A stretch of DNA of 64,000 bases, from positions 10,636 to 74,635 of the forward strand of contig JAGWPB010000002.1 in the NCBI GenBank assembly GCA_028870665.1, written 5' to 3'. The translations under genes were made by a program, and so were the position numbers. Below, piece by piece: positions 33,274 through 42,155 of this stretch (within the stretch, counting starts at the first letter, position 1; each line of letters starts with the position of its first letter). Under the pieces are notes generated by a model. The model was not told the DNA's origin and did not search any database. It worked only from the letters and a program-made list of their open reading frames with translations. This stretch comes from Lysobacteraceae bacterium. Lineage in GTDB: Bacteria > Pseudomonadota > Gammaproteobacteria > Xanthomonadales > Rhodanobacteraceae.

Positions 33274-34179
33274 TCAGGCGGCTGAAGCGCGGGGCCGCAA
33301 CGCAGCCAGCGTCTCGGCGATACGACGGCGCGCGCTGCCGTGCTCGAGCTCGAGCAGCGGCAGGCGCACAACCGCGGTGGCGATGCCGATCTCGGCCAGG
33401 CCGGCCTTTACCGGAATCGGATTGGGGGCGCAGTTTAGCGCGTCCAACAGCGGCACCAGGGCGGCCGCCTGGCGCTGGGCCGAGGCGCGGTCGCCGCAGC
33501 ACGCCGCATCGCAGAGCGCGCGGAACGCCTCCGGCACCAGATTGTTGGCGACCGAGATCACGCCGGCGGCGCCGGCCAGCATCGCCTCGTGCGCGCTGCC
33601 GTCGTCACCGGATAGAAAGACGAAATCGTCCCGCACCAGCGCCGCGACGGCGGCGATGCGTCCGGCATCGGCACGCGCCTCCTTGATGGCCACGATCCGC
33701 GGATGCCCGCGCAGCGCGGCAACCGTTTCGGGCAGGAGATCGCAGCCGGTGCGCGAGGGTACGTTGTAGAGCACCACCGGCAGGCCGCCGTTCTCGGCCA
33801 CCGCGAGAAAGTGCCGGCGCAGACCCTCCTGGGTCGGGCGCACGTAGTACGGGGTGACCACCAGCGCGGCGTCGGCGCCGAGCGCCTCGGCGCGACGGGC
33901 CAGTGCGATCGTCGACGCGGTGCCGGCCTGGCCGCAGCCGGCGAGCACCGGGACGCGACCGGCCACCTGCTCGACGGCGCGTGCCAGCAGGCGTTCCCAC
34001 TCGGCGTGCTCGAGCATGTGCGCCTCGCCGGTCGAGCCGGCGACGACCACGCCCTGCGTGCCGCCGGCCAGCTGGTGGTCGAGCAGGCGCGCGAAGGCAT
34101 CGAGATCGAGCGCGCCGTCGGCCGCGAACGGCGTGGCGAGAGCACAGATGCTGCCGGAGAGCTTCAAGGGAAACGCCAT
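33274..34179 (-). CDS. dapA: 4-hydroxy-tetrahydrodipicolinate synthase
   Basis: From ATG 34179 the protein reads MAFPLKLSGSICALATPFAADGALD...VVAGSTGEAHML...YNVPSRTG... Confidence 0.96.
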   Translation of the reverse strand: MAFPLKLSGSICALATPFAADGALDLDAFARLLDHQLAGGTQGVVVAGSTGEAHMLEHAEWERLLARAVEQVAGRVPVLAGCGQAGTASTIALARRAEALGADAALVVTPYYVRPTQEGLRRHFLAVAENGGLPVVLYNVPSRTGCDLLPETVAALRGHPRIVAIKEARADAGRIAAVAALVRDDFVFLSGDDGSAHEAMLAGAAGVISVANNLVPEAFRALCDAACCGDRASAQRQAAALVPLLDALNCAPNPIPVKAGLAEIGIATAVVRLPLLELEHGSARRRIAETLAALRPRASAA

Positions 34180-34256
34180 TGGCCGGTGTGCACGCATGTT
34201 ACTTGCGGGTTTGCGAGGCGGGCAAGTAAGCTCACGACAGGCCGGACACGTCGTTC

Positions 34257-34850
34257 GTGCCGGGGACCGCCAGCCCGCACGGGTGCATCCACTTGAACCG
34301 ATCTTCCCAGCGTCCCGGACCCGACAACCACCTGCTGATCCAGACCGTGACTCCCGCCGCGCGCTCGCCGCTGCTGGCGCTGGTCAAGCGCATCGCGGAT
34401 TCCGGCTGCAATCTGGCGGATACCCGCGTCTCCACCGTCGGCTCCGATGTCTCGCTGATCCTGCTGGCGCAGGGGCCGTGGGATGCGGTGGCCAAGCTCG
34501 AGGCCGCCCTGGCGCGCGCCGGTCGCGACGAGGAGCTGCATCTGGTCAGCTACCGGACCACGCCGCGCGCGCCGCAGTCGCACCTGCTGCCGTACGTGGT
34601 CGAGGTCGTGGCGGCCGACAAGCCCGGCGTGATGCTCGACATCATCGAGTTCTTCGCCCGTCGCAGCATCACGATCGAGCAGCTGACCTCGTCGCGCTAC
34701 CGCGCCATGCAGACCGGTGCCGACATGTTCTCGGCGCAAATCACCGTCGGCATTCCCAGCGAGGCGCACATCGCCGCCCTGCGCGACGATTTTCTCGAGC
34801 TCTGCGACGGGCTCAACCTCGACGCCATCATGGATCCGATGAAGTTCTGA
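34257..34850 (+). CDS. gcvR: Glycine cleavage system transcriptional repressor (tandem ACT)
   Basis: It aligns with E. coli GcvR from HLLIQTVTPAARSPLLALVKRIADSGCNLADTRVST onward. The dapA/gcvR-bcp arrangement matches E. coli. The start is uncertain (GTG 34257 or TTG 34293). Confidence 0.8.
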   Translation: MPGTASPHGCIHLNRSSQRPGPDNHLLIQTVTPAARSPLLALVKRIADSGCNLADTRVSTVGSDVSLILLAQGPWDAVAKLEAALARAGRDEELHLVSYRTTPRAPQSHLLPYVVEVVAADKPGVMLDIIEFFARRSITIEQLTSSRYRAMQTGADMFSAQITVGIPSEAHIAALRDDFLELCDGLNLDAIMDPMKF

Positions 34851-34863
34851 CCGGGAGGACGTC

Positions 34864-34986
34864 ATGATCGTCGCCGCCCATTCCGCCACGCCCGCCGGCA
34901 GCGCACTCGCCGCGGGTGCTTGCACCGGGCCGCAGGCCCTGAAACAGTGCATCGTCCGACTCGAGCCGGACCGCAGCCCGCGATGA
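34864..34986 (+). CDS. Candidate 40-codon leader ORF translationally coupled to bcp
   Basis: Not in the ORF track. The peptide is MIVAAHSATPAGSALAAGACTGPQALKQCIVRLEPDRSPR. A strong SD, GGGAGGA (34853-59), precedes it. Its stop TGA overlaps the bcp ATG (ATGA at 34983-86), and bcp has no SD of its own. Confidence 0.35.
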   Translation: MIVAAHSATPAGSALAAGACTGPQALKQCIVRLEPDRSPR

Positions 34987-35444
34987 TCGAACCCGGCGCG
35001 CGCATTCCCGATCTGCCGCTGGCACTGTCCAGCGGCAAGACCGCGCGATGGGCCGACTACGCCGGACACTGGCTGGTGCTCTACTTCTATCCCAGGGACA
35101 ACACGCCGGGCTGCACCACCGAGGGTCTCGAGTTCAACGCGCTGCTGGCGCGGTTCCGGCGCCGCAAGGCCGTGGTGCTGGGTGTTTCGCGCGACTCGCT
35201 CGCCGCGCACCGCGCCTTCCGCGCCCGGCAGGGCTTCGCCTTCGATCTGGTCAGCGACGGCGACGAGGCACTGTGCCGCGCCTTCGACGTCATCCACGAA
35301 AAGGTGCTCTACGGCAAACGCCACCTCGGCGTGGTGCGCAGCACCTTTCTCATCGCCCCCGACGGCACGCTGGCGCAGGCCTGGCGCAACGTCAAGGTTG
35401 CGGGGCACGCCCAGGCCGTGCTGGACGCGATTCCGTCCCGGTGA
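34983..35444 (+). CDS. bcp: Thiol peroxidase Bcp (peroxiredoxin Q)
   Basis: From ATG 34983 the protein reads MIEPGARIPDLPLALSSGKTARWADYAGHWLVLYFYPRDNTPGCTTEG... Confidence 0.93.
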   Translation: MIEPGARIPDLPLALSSGKTARWADYAGHWLVLYFYPRDNTPGCTTEGLEFNALLARFRRRKAVVLGVSRDSLAAHRAFRARQGFAFDLVSDGDEALCRAFDVIHEKVLYGKRHLGVVRSTFLIAPDGTLAQAWRNVKVAGHAQAVLDAIPSR

Positions 35445-35538
35445 CCGGCCACCTGCACCCCATCGCCACCCCGCGCGGTCGCCGCCGCGGCAGGCCGATG
35501 CCATCTCCCCCGCTCCACCACCACGAGGATCCGTCCGC

Positions 35539-36918
35539 ATGACTCGCGGCAAGCGCATCTACGCCCTCGATACCAACGTGCTGCTGCACGACCCGACATC
35601 GCTGTTCCGCTTCGAGGAACACGATGTCTTCATCCCGATGACGGTGCTGGAGGAACTGGACGAGAAGAAGAGCGGCGGCTCGGAACTGGCACGCAACGCG
35701 CGCCAGACCAGCCGCTTCCTCAACGAGCTGATCGAGCGCGGCAACGGCCACGGCATCAAGGACGGATTGCCGCTGACCGACCCGCAGGGCATCAAGCTGG
35801 GCCGCGGCGGCGCCGCCGGCAAGCTGTGGTTCCAGTCGCGCACCGCCGACAGCCACCGCAAGGCCGACAACGAGATCCTGGCGGCGGTGCTCGACCTGCG
35901 CGAGCGCCATCCGGACACGCCGGTGGTGCTGGTGAGCAAGGACATCAACCTGCGCATCAAGGCGAGCATCTACGGCATCGCCGCGGAAGACTACGAGAAT
36001 GATCGCGCGCTGGATGACTTTGCCCTGCTCTTCAGCGGTCATGCCGAGTTGCCCGAGAACTTCTGGCAGCGTCATCCCGAAGTGCGCTCGTGGTCGGAGC
36101 GCGGGCACACCTTCTACGAACTGACGCCGGCGGGAGACGAGGAGTGGCACCCGCATCAGTGCCTGTGCCTGCCCGGCGAATCGGGCATCGAGCTGCGCGT
36201 GCTCGGCGTCGCCGACGGCAAGGCGCGGCTGAAGCTGCTGGACGACTACAGCGGGCACACTCACACCGTGTGGGGCATCTCGGCGCGCAACCGCGAGCAG
36301 AACTACGCGCTCAACGTGCTGATGGACCCCGAGGTGGATTTCGTCACGCTGCTCGGCACCGCCGGCACCGGCAAGACCCTGCTGGCGCTGGCCGCGGGAC
36401 TGGCTCAGGTGATGGACCAGCAGCGCTACCGCGAGATCATCATGACCCGCGCGACGGTGTCGGTGGGCGAGGACATCGGCTTTCTGCCAGGCACCGAGGA
36501 GGAGAAGATGACGCCGTGGATGGGCGCGCTGACCGACAACCTCGAAGTGCTGGCCAACCCCGAGGAAGGCGGCGCATGGGGCCGCGCGGCGACCAACGAT
36601 CTGCTCACCTCGCGGGTCAAGATCCGCTCGCTCAACTTCATGCGCGGACGCACCTTTCTCAGCCGCTACGTGATCATCGACGAGGCGCAGAACCTGACGC
36701 CCAAGCAGATGAAGACGCTGATCACCCGCGCCGGTCCCGGCACCAAGATGATCTGCCTCGGCAACGTCGAGCAGATCGACACGCCCTACCTCACCGAGAC
36801 CAGCTCCGGGCTGACCTACGCGGTGGATCGCTTCAAGGGCTGGCAGCACTCGGCGCACATCACCCTGCGCCGCGGCGAACGCTCGCGGCTGGCGGACTTC
36901 GCGTCGGAGGCGCTGTGA
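35539..36918 (+). CDS. PIN-domain / PhoH-like ATPase (YlaK family)
   Basis: From ATG 35539 the protein reads [41 protein letters not shown] (PIN), followed by the PhoH NTPase domain with Walker [14 protein letters not shown] lies 9 nt upstream. Confidence 0.9.
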   Translation: MTRGKRIYALDTNVLLHDPTSLFRFEEHDVFIPMTVLEELDEKKSGGSELARNARQTSRFLNELIERGNGHGIKDGLPLTDPQGIKLGRGGAAGKLWFQSRTADSHRKADNEILAAVLDLRERHPDTPVVLVSKDINLRIKASIYGIAAEDYENDRALDDFALLFSGHAELPENFWQRHPEVRSWSERGHTFYELTPAGDEEWHPHQCLCLPGESGIELRVLGVADGKARLKLLDDYSGHTHTVWGISARNREQNYALNVLMDPEVDFVTLLGTAGTGKTLLALAAGLAQVMDQQRYREIIMTRATVSVGEDIGFLPGTEEEKMTPWMGALTDNLEVLANPEEGGAWGRAATNDLLTSRVKIRSLNFMRGRTFLSRYVIIDEAQNLTPKQMKTLITRAGPGTKMICLGNVEQIDTPYLTETSSGLTYAVDRFKGWQHSAHITLRRGERSRLADFASEAL

Positions 36919-37706
36919 AAGAGCCGGGACCGGCTCCGCCCATCGCACTCACCATCGCCGGCTCCGACTCGGGCGGCGGCGCGGGCATCCAGGCCGACCT
37001 GAAAACCTTCATGGCCCGCGGCGTGCACGGCACCAGCGCGATCACCGCGATCACCGCGCAGAACACCCGCGGCGTCAACGCCGTGCATGCGCTGCCGCTG
37101 CGCGCTCTGCGCGCGCAGATCGCCGCGGTGTTCGACGACTTCCCCGTCGCGGCGGTCAAGACCGGGATGCTCGGCAGCGCGGCCGCGGTCCGGCTGGTCG
37201 CGCGCGAGTTGGCACAGCGGCAACCGCCCTGGATCGTGGTCGACCCGGTGATGATCGCGACCCGCGGAGCGCGCCTGCTGGATGCCGACGCGATCACGGT
37301 GCTGGTCGAGGATCTGATGCCGTTGGCTGATGTGCTGACGCCCAACCGCCCGGAAGCGGAAGCGCTGACGGGCTTGCGCATCCGCAGCCGGCGCGACGCC
37401 GACGCCGCCGCCAGGGCCCTGATGACGAAGGGTGCGCGCTCCGTGCTGCTCAAGGGCGGCCATGGTCGCGGGACCGTCCTCGTCGATCGCTACTACGACG
37501 CGCGCGGCATGATCGAGATCAGCCATCCGCGCCGCGCGCTCGAAGGCCACGGCACGGGCTGCACGCTGGCTGCGGCGATTGCCGCCGAGCTGGCCAAGGG
37601 GGTCGTGCCGCGCGTCGCGGTCCGTCGCGCCATCGCCTATGTGCAGCGCGCGCTGGCGGCGGGCTTCCGGGCGGGCGGCGGCCCGGCGCATGTGTTGCGG
37701 CACTGA
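36915..37706 (+). CDS. thiD: Hydroxymethylpyrimidine/phosphomethylpyrimidine kinase
   Basis: The GTG start overlaps the PhoH-like stop (GTGA at 36915-18). The protein reads ...[23 protein letters not shown]...[15 protein letters not shown]... Confidence 0.9.
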   Translation: MKEPGPAPPIALTIAGSDSGGGAGIQADLKTFMARGVHGTSAITAITAQNTRGVNAVHALPLRALRAQIAAVFDDFPVAAVKTGMLGSAAAVRLVARELAQRQPPWIVVDPVMIATRGARLLDADAITVLVEDLMPLADVLTPNRPEAEALTGLRIRSRRDADAAARALMTKGARSVLLKGGHGRGTVLVDRYYDARGMIEISHPRRALEGHGTGCTLAAAIAAELAKGVVPRVAVRRAIAYVQRALAAGFRAGGGPAHVLRH

Positions 37707-37732
37707 CCACGCACGACGGTCGCCCTCGCGTC

Positions 37733-38761
37733 TCAGGCCGCGCGGCTGCGTCCGCCGCGTACCCGCTCGACCAGCGCATCGGCGAAGGTGCCCGTGCTGC
37801 CGCTGCCGCCGAGGTCGGGCGTGAGGCGATCACGTGCCTGCAGGGTGTCGTGGATGGCGCGGCGCACGCGCCGTCCTTGCTCGACCAGATCGAGATGGTC
37901 GAGCAGGTCGGCAGCCGCCAGCAGCAACGCGCAGGGATTGGCCACGCCCTTGCCGGCGATGTCCGGCGCCGAGCCGTGCACGGCCTCGAAGATCGCCGCT
38001 TCGCTGCCGATGTTCGCACCGGGCGCCAGGCCGAGGCCGCCGACCAGACCCGCGCAGAGGTCGGACAGGATGTCGCCGAACAGGTTGGTGGTGACGATCA
38101 CATCGAACTGCTCCGGCCGCATCACCAGCTGCATGCAGGTGTTGTCGACGATCAACTCGTTGCAGTCGATTTCGGGATAGTCGCGGGCGACCTCGCGCGC
38201 CACCTTCAGGAACAGGCCCGAGGTGGTCTTCATGATGTTGGCCTTGTGCACCACCGTGACCTTGCGGCGGCCCTTGCGACGGGCCAGCTCGAAGGCGTAA
38301 CGCACGATGCGCTCGGAGCCGCGGCGGGTGATGCGGATGATCGACTCCGCCGTCTCCCCGTCGGCCGAGACGGTCTGACCTTCGGACAGGTAGGCGCCCT
38401 CGGTGTTCTCGCGCACGATGAGGATGTCGATGTGCTCGTAGCGCGCCTTGGTGCCGGGAAAGCTGATTGCCGGGCGCACGTTGGCGTAGAGGTCGAAGCG
38501 TCGGCGCAGCTCGACGTTGAGCGAGCTGAAGCCGCCGCCGATCGGCGTGGTCAGCGGCCCCTTGAGCGCGACGCGATGGCGGGCGATGGCGTCCAGCGTC
38601 GCCTGCGGCAGCAGTTCACCCTGCCGCTCCTGCGCCGCCATGCCGGCCTCGACGAAATCGTAGGCGAGGCCGCAATCGAGCGCATCCAGCACGCGCAAGG
38701 TGGCCTGCATGATCTCGGGACCGATGCCGTCGCCAGGGATCACCGCGATGGTCTTGCTCAT
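37733..38761 (-). CDS. Isocitrate/isopropylmalate dehydrogenase family, most like NAD-dependent isocitrate dehydrogenase
   Basis: From ATG 38761 the protein reads MSKTIAVIPGDGIGPEIMQATLRVLDA...VRENTEGAYLS...NLFGDILSDLCAGLVGGLGLAPGANIG... Confidence 0.85.
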   Translation of the reverse strand: MSKTIAVIPGDGIGPEIMQATLRVLDALDCGLAYDFVEAGMAAQERQGELLPQATLDAIARHRVALKGPLTTPIGGGFSSLNVELRRRFDLYANVRPAISFPGTKARYEHIDILIVRENTEGAYLSEGQTVSADGETAESIIRITRRGSERIVRYAFELARRKGRRKVTVVHKANIMKTTSGLFLKVAREVARDYPEIDCNELIVDNTCMQLVMRPEQFDVIVTTNLFGDILSDLCAGLVGGLGLAPGANIGSEAAIFEAVHGSAPDIAGKGVANPCALLLAAADLLDHLDLVEQGRRVRRAIHDTLQARDRLTPDLGGSGSTGTFADALVERVRGGRSRAA

Positions 38762-38907
38762 CGAACGCTCCTCGCGGCGCAGCCCGCCACGTAGCAAGCC
38801 GGCGATTATCGGTCAGCGTGGCCCGCGGCGACAAGCATGCGCGACCGCTCCGTGGCGCTGCGACGCGACCGGGGCCACCGGATGCCCGCCCGGCCTCGGA
38901 CCCGCGG

Positions 38908-39258
38908 CTATTCAGCCGCGGCCTCGAGCTCATCGAGAAAATCCACCGCGCGGCGCAGGTGCGGAATCACGATCGACCCGCCCACCACCAGCCCCACCTG
39001 GAACACTTCGAGCATCTCCTCGCGGCTGATGCCGGCCTCCCTGCACTGGGCGACGTGGTAGCTGACGCAGTCATCGCAGCGCAGGACCAGTGACGCGACC
39101 AGGCCGAGCATCTCCTTGGTGCGCACCTCCAGCGCGCCGTCCTTGTAGCACTGTGTGTCCAGCGCGAAGAAGCGTCGCACGACCTGGTTGTCGTGCTCGA
39201 GAATGCGCGCGTTCATGCGCTGGCGGAACGCGGTGAAGTCCCTGATCCGATCGCTCAC
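38908..39258 (-). CDS. Carboxymuconolactone decarboxylase (AhpD-like) family protein
   Basis: ...KEMLGLVASLVLRCDDCVSYHV..., the CxxC of the AhpD/CMD fold. The GTG start overlaps the grxC stop (GTGA). Confidence 0.85.
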   Translation of the reverse strand: MSDRIRDFTAFRQRMNARILEHDNQVVRRFFALDTQCYKDGALEVRTKEMLGLVASLVLRCDDCVSYHVAQCREAGISREEMLEVFQVGLVVGGSIVIPHLRRAVDFLDELEAAAE

Positions 39259-39521
39259 GGCGCAGCCTCCGCCAGCAGGGTGGCCAGGCGCCCGTCGCGG
39301 TCCGCCGCGGCCAGCTCGTCAAAGCCGCCGACGTGCTGGTTGTTGATGAAGATCTGCGGCACCGTGCGCCGACCGGCGCTGCGCGTCAGCATCTCCTCGC
39401 GCTTGGCCGGATCGACATCCACCCGCGACTCCGTCCACTGCAAACCCTTGCTCCTGAAAAGATTCTTGGCCGCCACGCAATATGGGCAGACAGCGGTAGT
39501 GTAGATCTCGATGACGGGCAT
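39255..39521 (-). CDS. grxC: Glutaredoxin 3
   Basis: From ATG 39521 the protein reads MPVIEIYTTAVCPYCVAAKNLFRSKG...RRTVPQIFINNQHVGGFDEL. Confidence 0.93.
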   Translation of the reverse strand: MPVIEIYTTAVCPYCVAAKNLFRSKGLQWTESRVDVDPAKREEMLTRSAGRRTVPQIFINNQHVGGFDELAAADRDGRLATLLAEAAP

Positions 39522-39673
39522 TGCGGACTCCGTGGCGGCCGCGCGCAGCGGCGGCCTGCACGGGCGCAGAATGCGGGTGCCACCGACTGCACGCAAGCCC
39601 CCCGCATCGCGCATGGACGCCGACGTGCGTGCGCTGGCGGCGCACGCAACGGCGCGCTAACGTGCGCCCGGCG

Positions 39674-41311
39674 ATGATGATGCCCCGTATGCGCAAACGC
39701 TCCCGTTACCTCGTCCCGCTGGTCGCCGGCATCGCCTTCGCGGCCGGTGCGCAGACCTCGTTCCGACTGCCGGACCTCGGCAGCTCGGCGGCCGCGCTGA
39801 TCTCGCCGACCGAGGAGCAGGCCTATGGCGCCGACATGCTGCACCAGATGCGCGCGATGGACCTGGTGCTCGATGATCCCCTGGTCGATGCCTACGTCAG
39901 CAGCCTCGGATACCGGCTGGTCGCCGTCAGCGACGAACCCAAGCAGAAGTTCACCTTTTTCGTGGTGCGCAACTCGCAGATCAACTCGTTTGCCGCCCCG
40001 GGCGGCTACATCGGCGTCAACGCCGGCCTGATCATCGCCACCCGCAGCGAAAGCGAGCTGGCCGCGGTGCTGGCGCACGAGATCGCGCACATCACCCAGC
40101 ATCACCTGGAACGCGCCTTCGAGGATGCGCGCAAGACCACGCCGCTGCTCGCGCTGGCGCTGCTGGGCGCGCTTGCGGCCGGCGCGGCCGGCGGCAGCAA
40201 CGGCAACGCGCCGATCGCGATCCTCGCGGGCAGCGAGGGGCTGGCCGCGCAGCGCCAGCTCAATTTCACCCGTCACGACGAGGAGGAGGCGGACCGCGTC
40301 GGCATCGGCACACTGGCCCGCGCCGGCTTCAATCCCGAGGCGATGGCCGGGTTCTTCCAGCGCATGCAGGAGGATCTGCGCCCCGACCGCGGCAGTGGCG
40401 ATCTGCCGCAGCTGCTGCAGACCCACCCGGTGACCTCGCAGCGCATCAGCGAAGCCGAGGCGCGCGCCCATGTGATCGAGGAGCAGATGCGCGCGCATCC
40501 CGCCGCGGTCTACACCTTCGGAAGCCACTGGCAGACCAGCATCGCGCCCCTGCCCTATGTGCGCCACCCGGGCGAGCTGCTCGCATACGCGCGCCATGCC
40601 GACGGCGAGGAGGGCAAGGGTGCCTACGCGCTCTATGCCCTGATGCGCGAGCGCGTGCGCGTTCTGATGAGCGACCAGCTCACCACGCTGACCGACTACT
40701 ACGCCCGGAATCTGCAGCAGCATCCGAGCTTCAATACCCCGGCCAACCACTACGGTTATGCCCTGACCCTGATCCGTCTCGGCGACGGCAGCGCGGCCCT
40801 GCGCCAGCTCGAGCCGCTGCTGGCAGCGCATCCGGACAACCTGCCGCTGCGGCTGGCGACCGCGCACGCGCAGCTGGTCGCCGGCGCGCGCGCGGCCTCG
40901 CTGCAGCGCTACGCGGCGATCAGCCGCGATTGGCCGCGCAATCATGCCGTGGCGCTGGCCTACGCCAAGGCGCTGCTGGCCGATGGCAAGGCCGATGGGG
41001 CACCCGAGGCAGCGCACCTGCTCAAGCCGCTGCTCGATGACGCCGACGAACCCGACCTTTATCGCACCTATGGTCGAGCCGCCGGCCTCGCCGGCCAGCC
41101 GATCCGCGCCGCCGAGGCCTACGCCGACGCGACCTTCCTCGCCGGGCAGCCGGCCGACGCGCTCGACCAGCTGCAGCGCCTGGTCAAGCGCAGCGATCTC
41201 GACTACTACCAGCGCGCGCGCATCGAGGCGCGCATCGCCTGGATCACGCCGATCGTGCTGGAGATGCGCAAACGCCACCTGCGCCAGCAGGACGGCAGCG
41301 GCTCCGGCTGA
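39674..41311 (+). CDS. bepA: Periplasmic M48 metalloprotease with TPR domain (BepA/YfgC-like)
   Basis: A signal peptide, the HEXXH motif in LAHEIAHITQHH, the DEEEADRVG motif and C-terminal TPR-like repeats. The start is one of ATG 39674/39677/39680/39689. Confidence 0.88.
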   Translation: MMMPRMRKRSRYLVPLVAGIAFAAGAQTSFRLPDLGSSAAALISPTEEQAYGADMLHQMRAMDLVLDDPLVDAYVSSLGYRLVAVSDEPKQKFTFFVVRNSQINSFAAPGGYIGVNAGLIIATRSESELAAVLAHEIAHITQHHLERAFEDARKTTPLLALALLGALAAGAAGGSNGNAPIAILAGSEGLAAQRQLNFTRHDEEEADRVGIGTLARAGFNPEAMAGFFQRMQEDLRPDRGSGDLPQLLQTHPVTSQRISEAEARAHVIEEQMRAHPAAVYTFGSHWQTSIAPLPYVRHPGELLAYARHADGEEGKGAYALYALMRERVRVLMSDQLTTLTDYYARNLQQHPSFNTPANHYGYALTLIRLGDGSAALRQLEPLLAAHPDNLPLRLATAHAQLVAGARAASLQRYAAISRDWPRNHAVALAYAKALLADGKADGAPEAAHLLKPLLDDADEPDLYRTYGRAAGLAGQPIRAAEAYADATFLAGQPADALDQLQRLVKRSDLDYYQRARIEARIAWITPIVLEMRKRHLRQQDGSGSG

Positions 41312-41348
41312 GCCGGCCGCAGCGGAGTTGTCATCGAAACGCGCTCGA

Positions 41349-41393
41349 TTGTCATTGCCGCGTAACAGGATCACGCTGCAATCATTGCGTCAC
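41349..41393 (+). promoter_or_regulatory. Candidate Pho box(es) and -10 upstream of phoB
   Basis: TTGTCATtgccGCGTAAC (41349-66) has the 7+4+7 Pho-box geometry. TGCAAT (41377-82) lies 10 bp downstream, as a -10 would. A second, weaker box, CTGCAATcattGCGTCAC (41376-93), overlaps it. The match to CTGTCATAAAACTGTCAC is partial. Confidence 0.4.
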
Positions 41394-41416
41394 AGGCAAG
41401 CAAAGGCGTAAGCCGC

Positions 41417-42106
41417 GTGCAGAAACGCATCCTGATCGTCGAAGACGAAGCCTCGATCCGCGACATGGTGGCCTTCGCCCTGCGCAAGGCCGGCATGGAG
41501 CCGGTGCATGCCGCCGACGCGCGCGCCGCCCAGCTGGCGATGGCCGAGCAGGTGCCCGACCTGATCCTGCTCGACTGGATGCTCCCGGGCATGAGCGGAC
41601 TGGACCTGGCGCGTCGGCTGCGCAAGGAAGACCTCACCCGCGAGGTCCCGATCATCATGCTGACGGCGCGCGGCGAAGAGATGGACCGCGTCAATGGCCT
41701 CGAGGCCGGCGTCGACGACTACGTGATCAAGCCGTTCTCGACGCGCGAGCTGCTGGCGCGCATCCGCGCCGTGCTGCGGCGCAGCCAGGGCGATGACGGC
41801 ACCGGCATGGTCGAGATCGGCGGGTTGCGCATCGACGGCCCGGCGCACCGCGTGTTCGCGGGCGACCAGGCCGTGCCGATCGGCCCCACCGAGTACCGCT
41901 TGCTGTACTTCTTCATGACCCATGCCGAGCGCGTGTATTCGCGCACCCAGTTGCTGGACCATGTCTGGGGCGGCAGCGTGTACGTCGAGGAGCGCACGGT
42001 GGACGTGCACATCCGCCGCCTGCGCAAGACGCTGGAGCCCTGGCAGTTCGATCGCATGGTGCAGACCGTGCGCGGCACCGGCTACCGCTTTTCCGCGAGC
42101 TTCTGA
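41417..42106 (+). CDS. phoB: Phosphate regulon response regulator PhoB
   Basis: GTG start. The protein reads [22 protein letters not shown]...[13 protein letters not shown]... and carries a winged-helix OmpR-type C-terminus. Confidence 0.95.
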   Translation: MQKRILIVEDEASIRDMVAFALRKAGMEPVHAADARAAQLAMAEQVPDLILLDWMLPGMSGLDLARRLRKEDLTREVPIIMLTARGEEMDRVNGLEAGVDDYVIKPFSTRELLARIRAVLRRSQGDDGTGMVEIGGLRIDGPAHRVFAGDQAVPIGPTEYRLLYFFMTHAERVYSRTQLLDHVWGGSVYVEERTVDVHIRRLRKTLEPWQFDRMVQTVRGTGYRFSASF

Positions 42107-42155
42107 TGACCGACGGCCTGCCCGCGCCGGGTCGCGGCGACCAGCCGCAGCCGGC

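Noticed and set aside
32254-33285. A 343-aa plus-strand ORF spanning the fdxA 3' region and the whole of bamC.
   Set aside because: It is antisense to a lipobox-bearing gene in conserved dapA-bamC synteny. Its composition is Arg/Gly-rich, and it has no SD or motifs.
39386-41374. A 662-aa ORF antisense to bepA. Similar very long antisense or out-of-frame ORFs include 43357-45963 opposite ppk1, 10941-13298 opposite uvrA, 3260-4867 and 4848-6422 over ileS/ribF, 6702-8669 over murJ, and 28245-30446 over panCB.
   Set aside because: Their translations are dominated by Arg/Ala/Gly/Pro/His and carry no recognisable motifs. They lack SD sequences and lie opposite genes with unmistakable homology. Stop-codon depletion in roughly 70% GC DNA produces such frames by chance.
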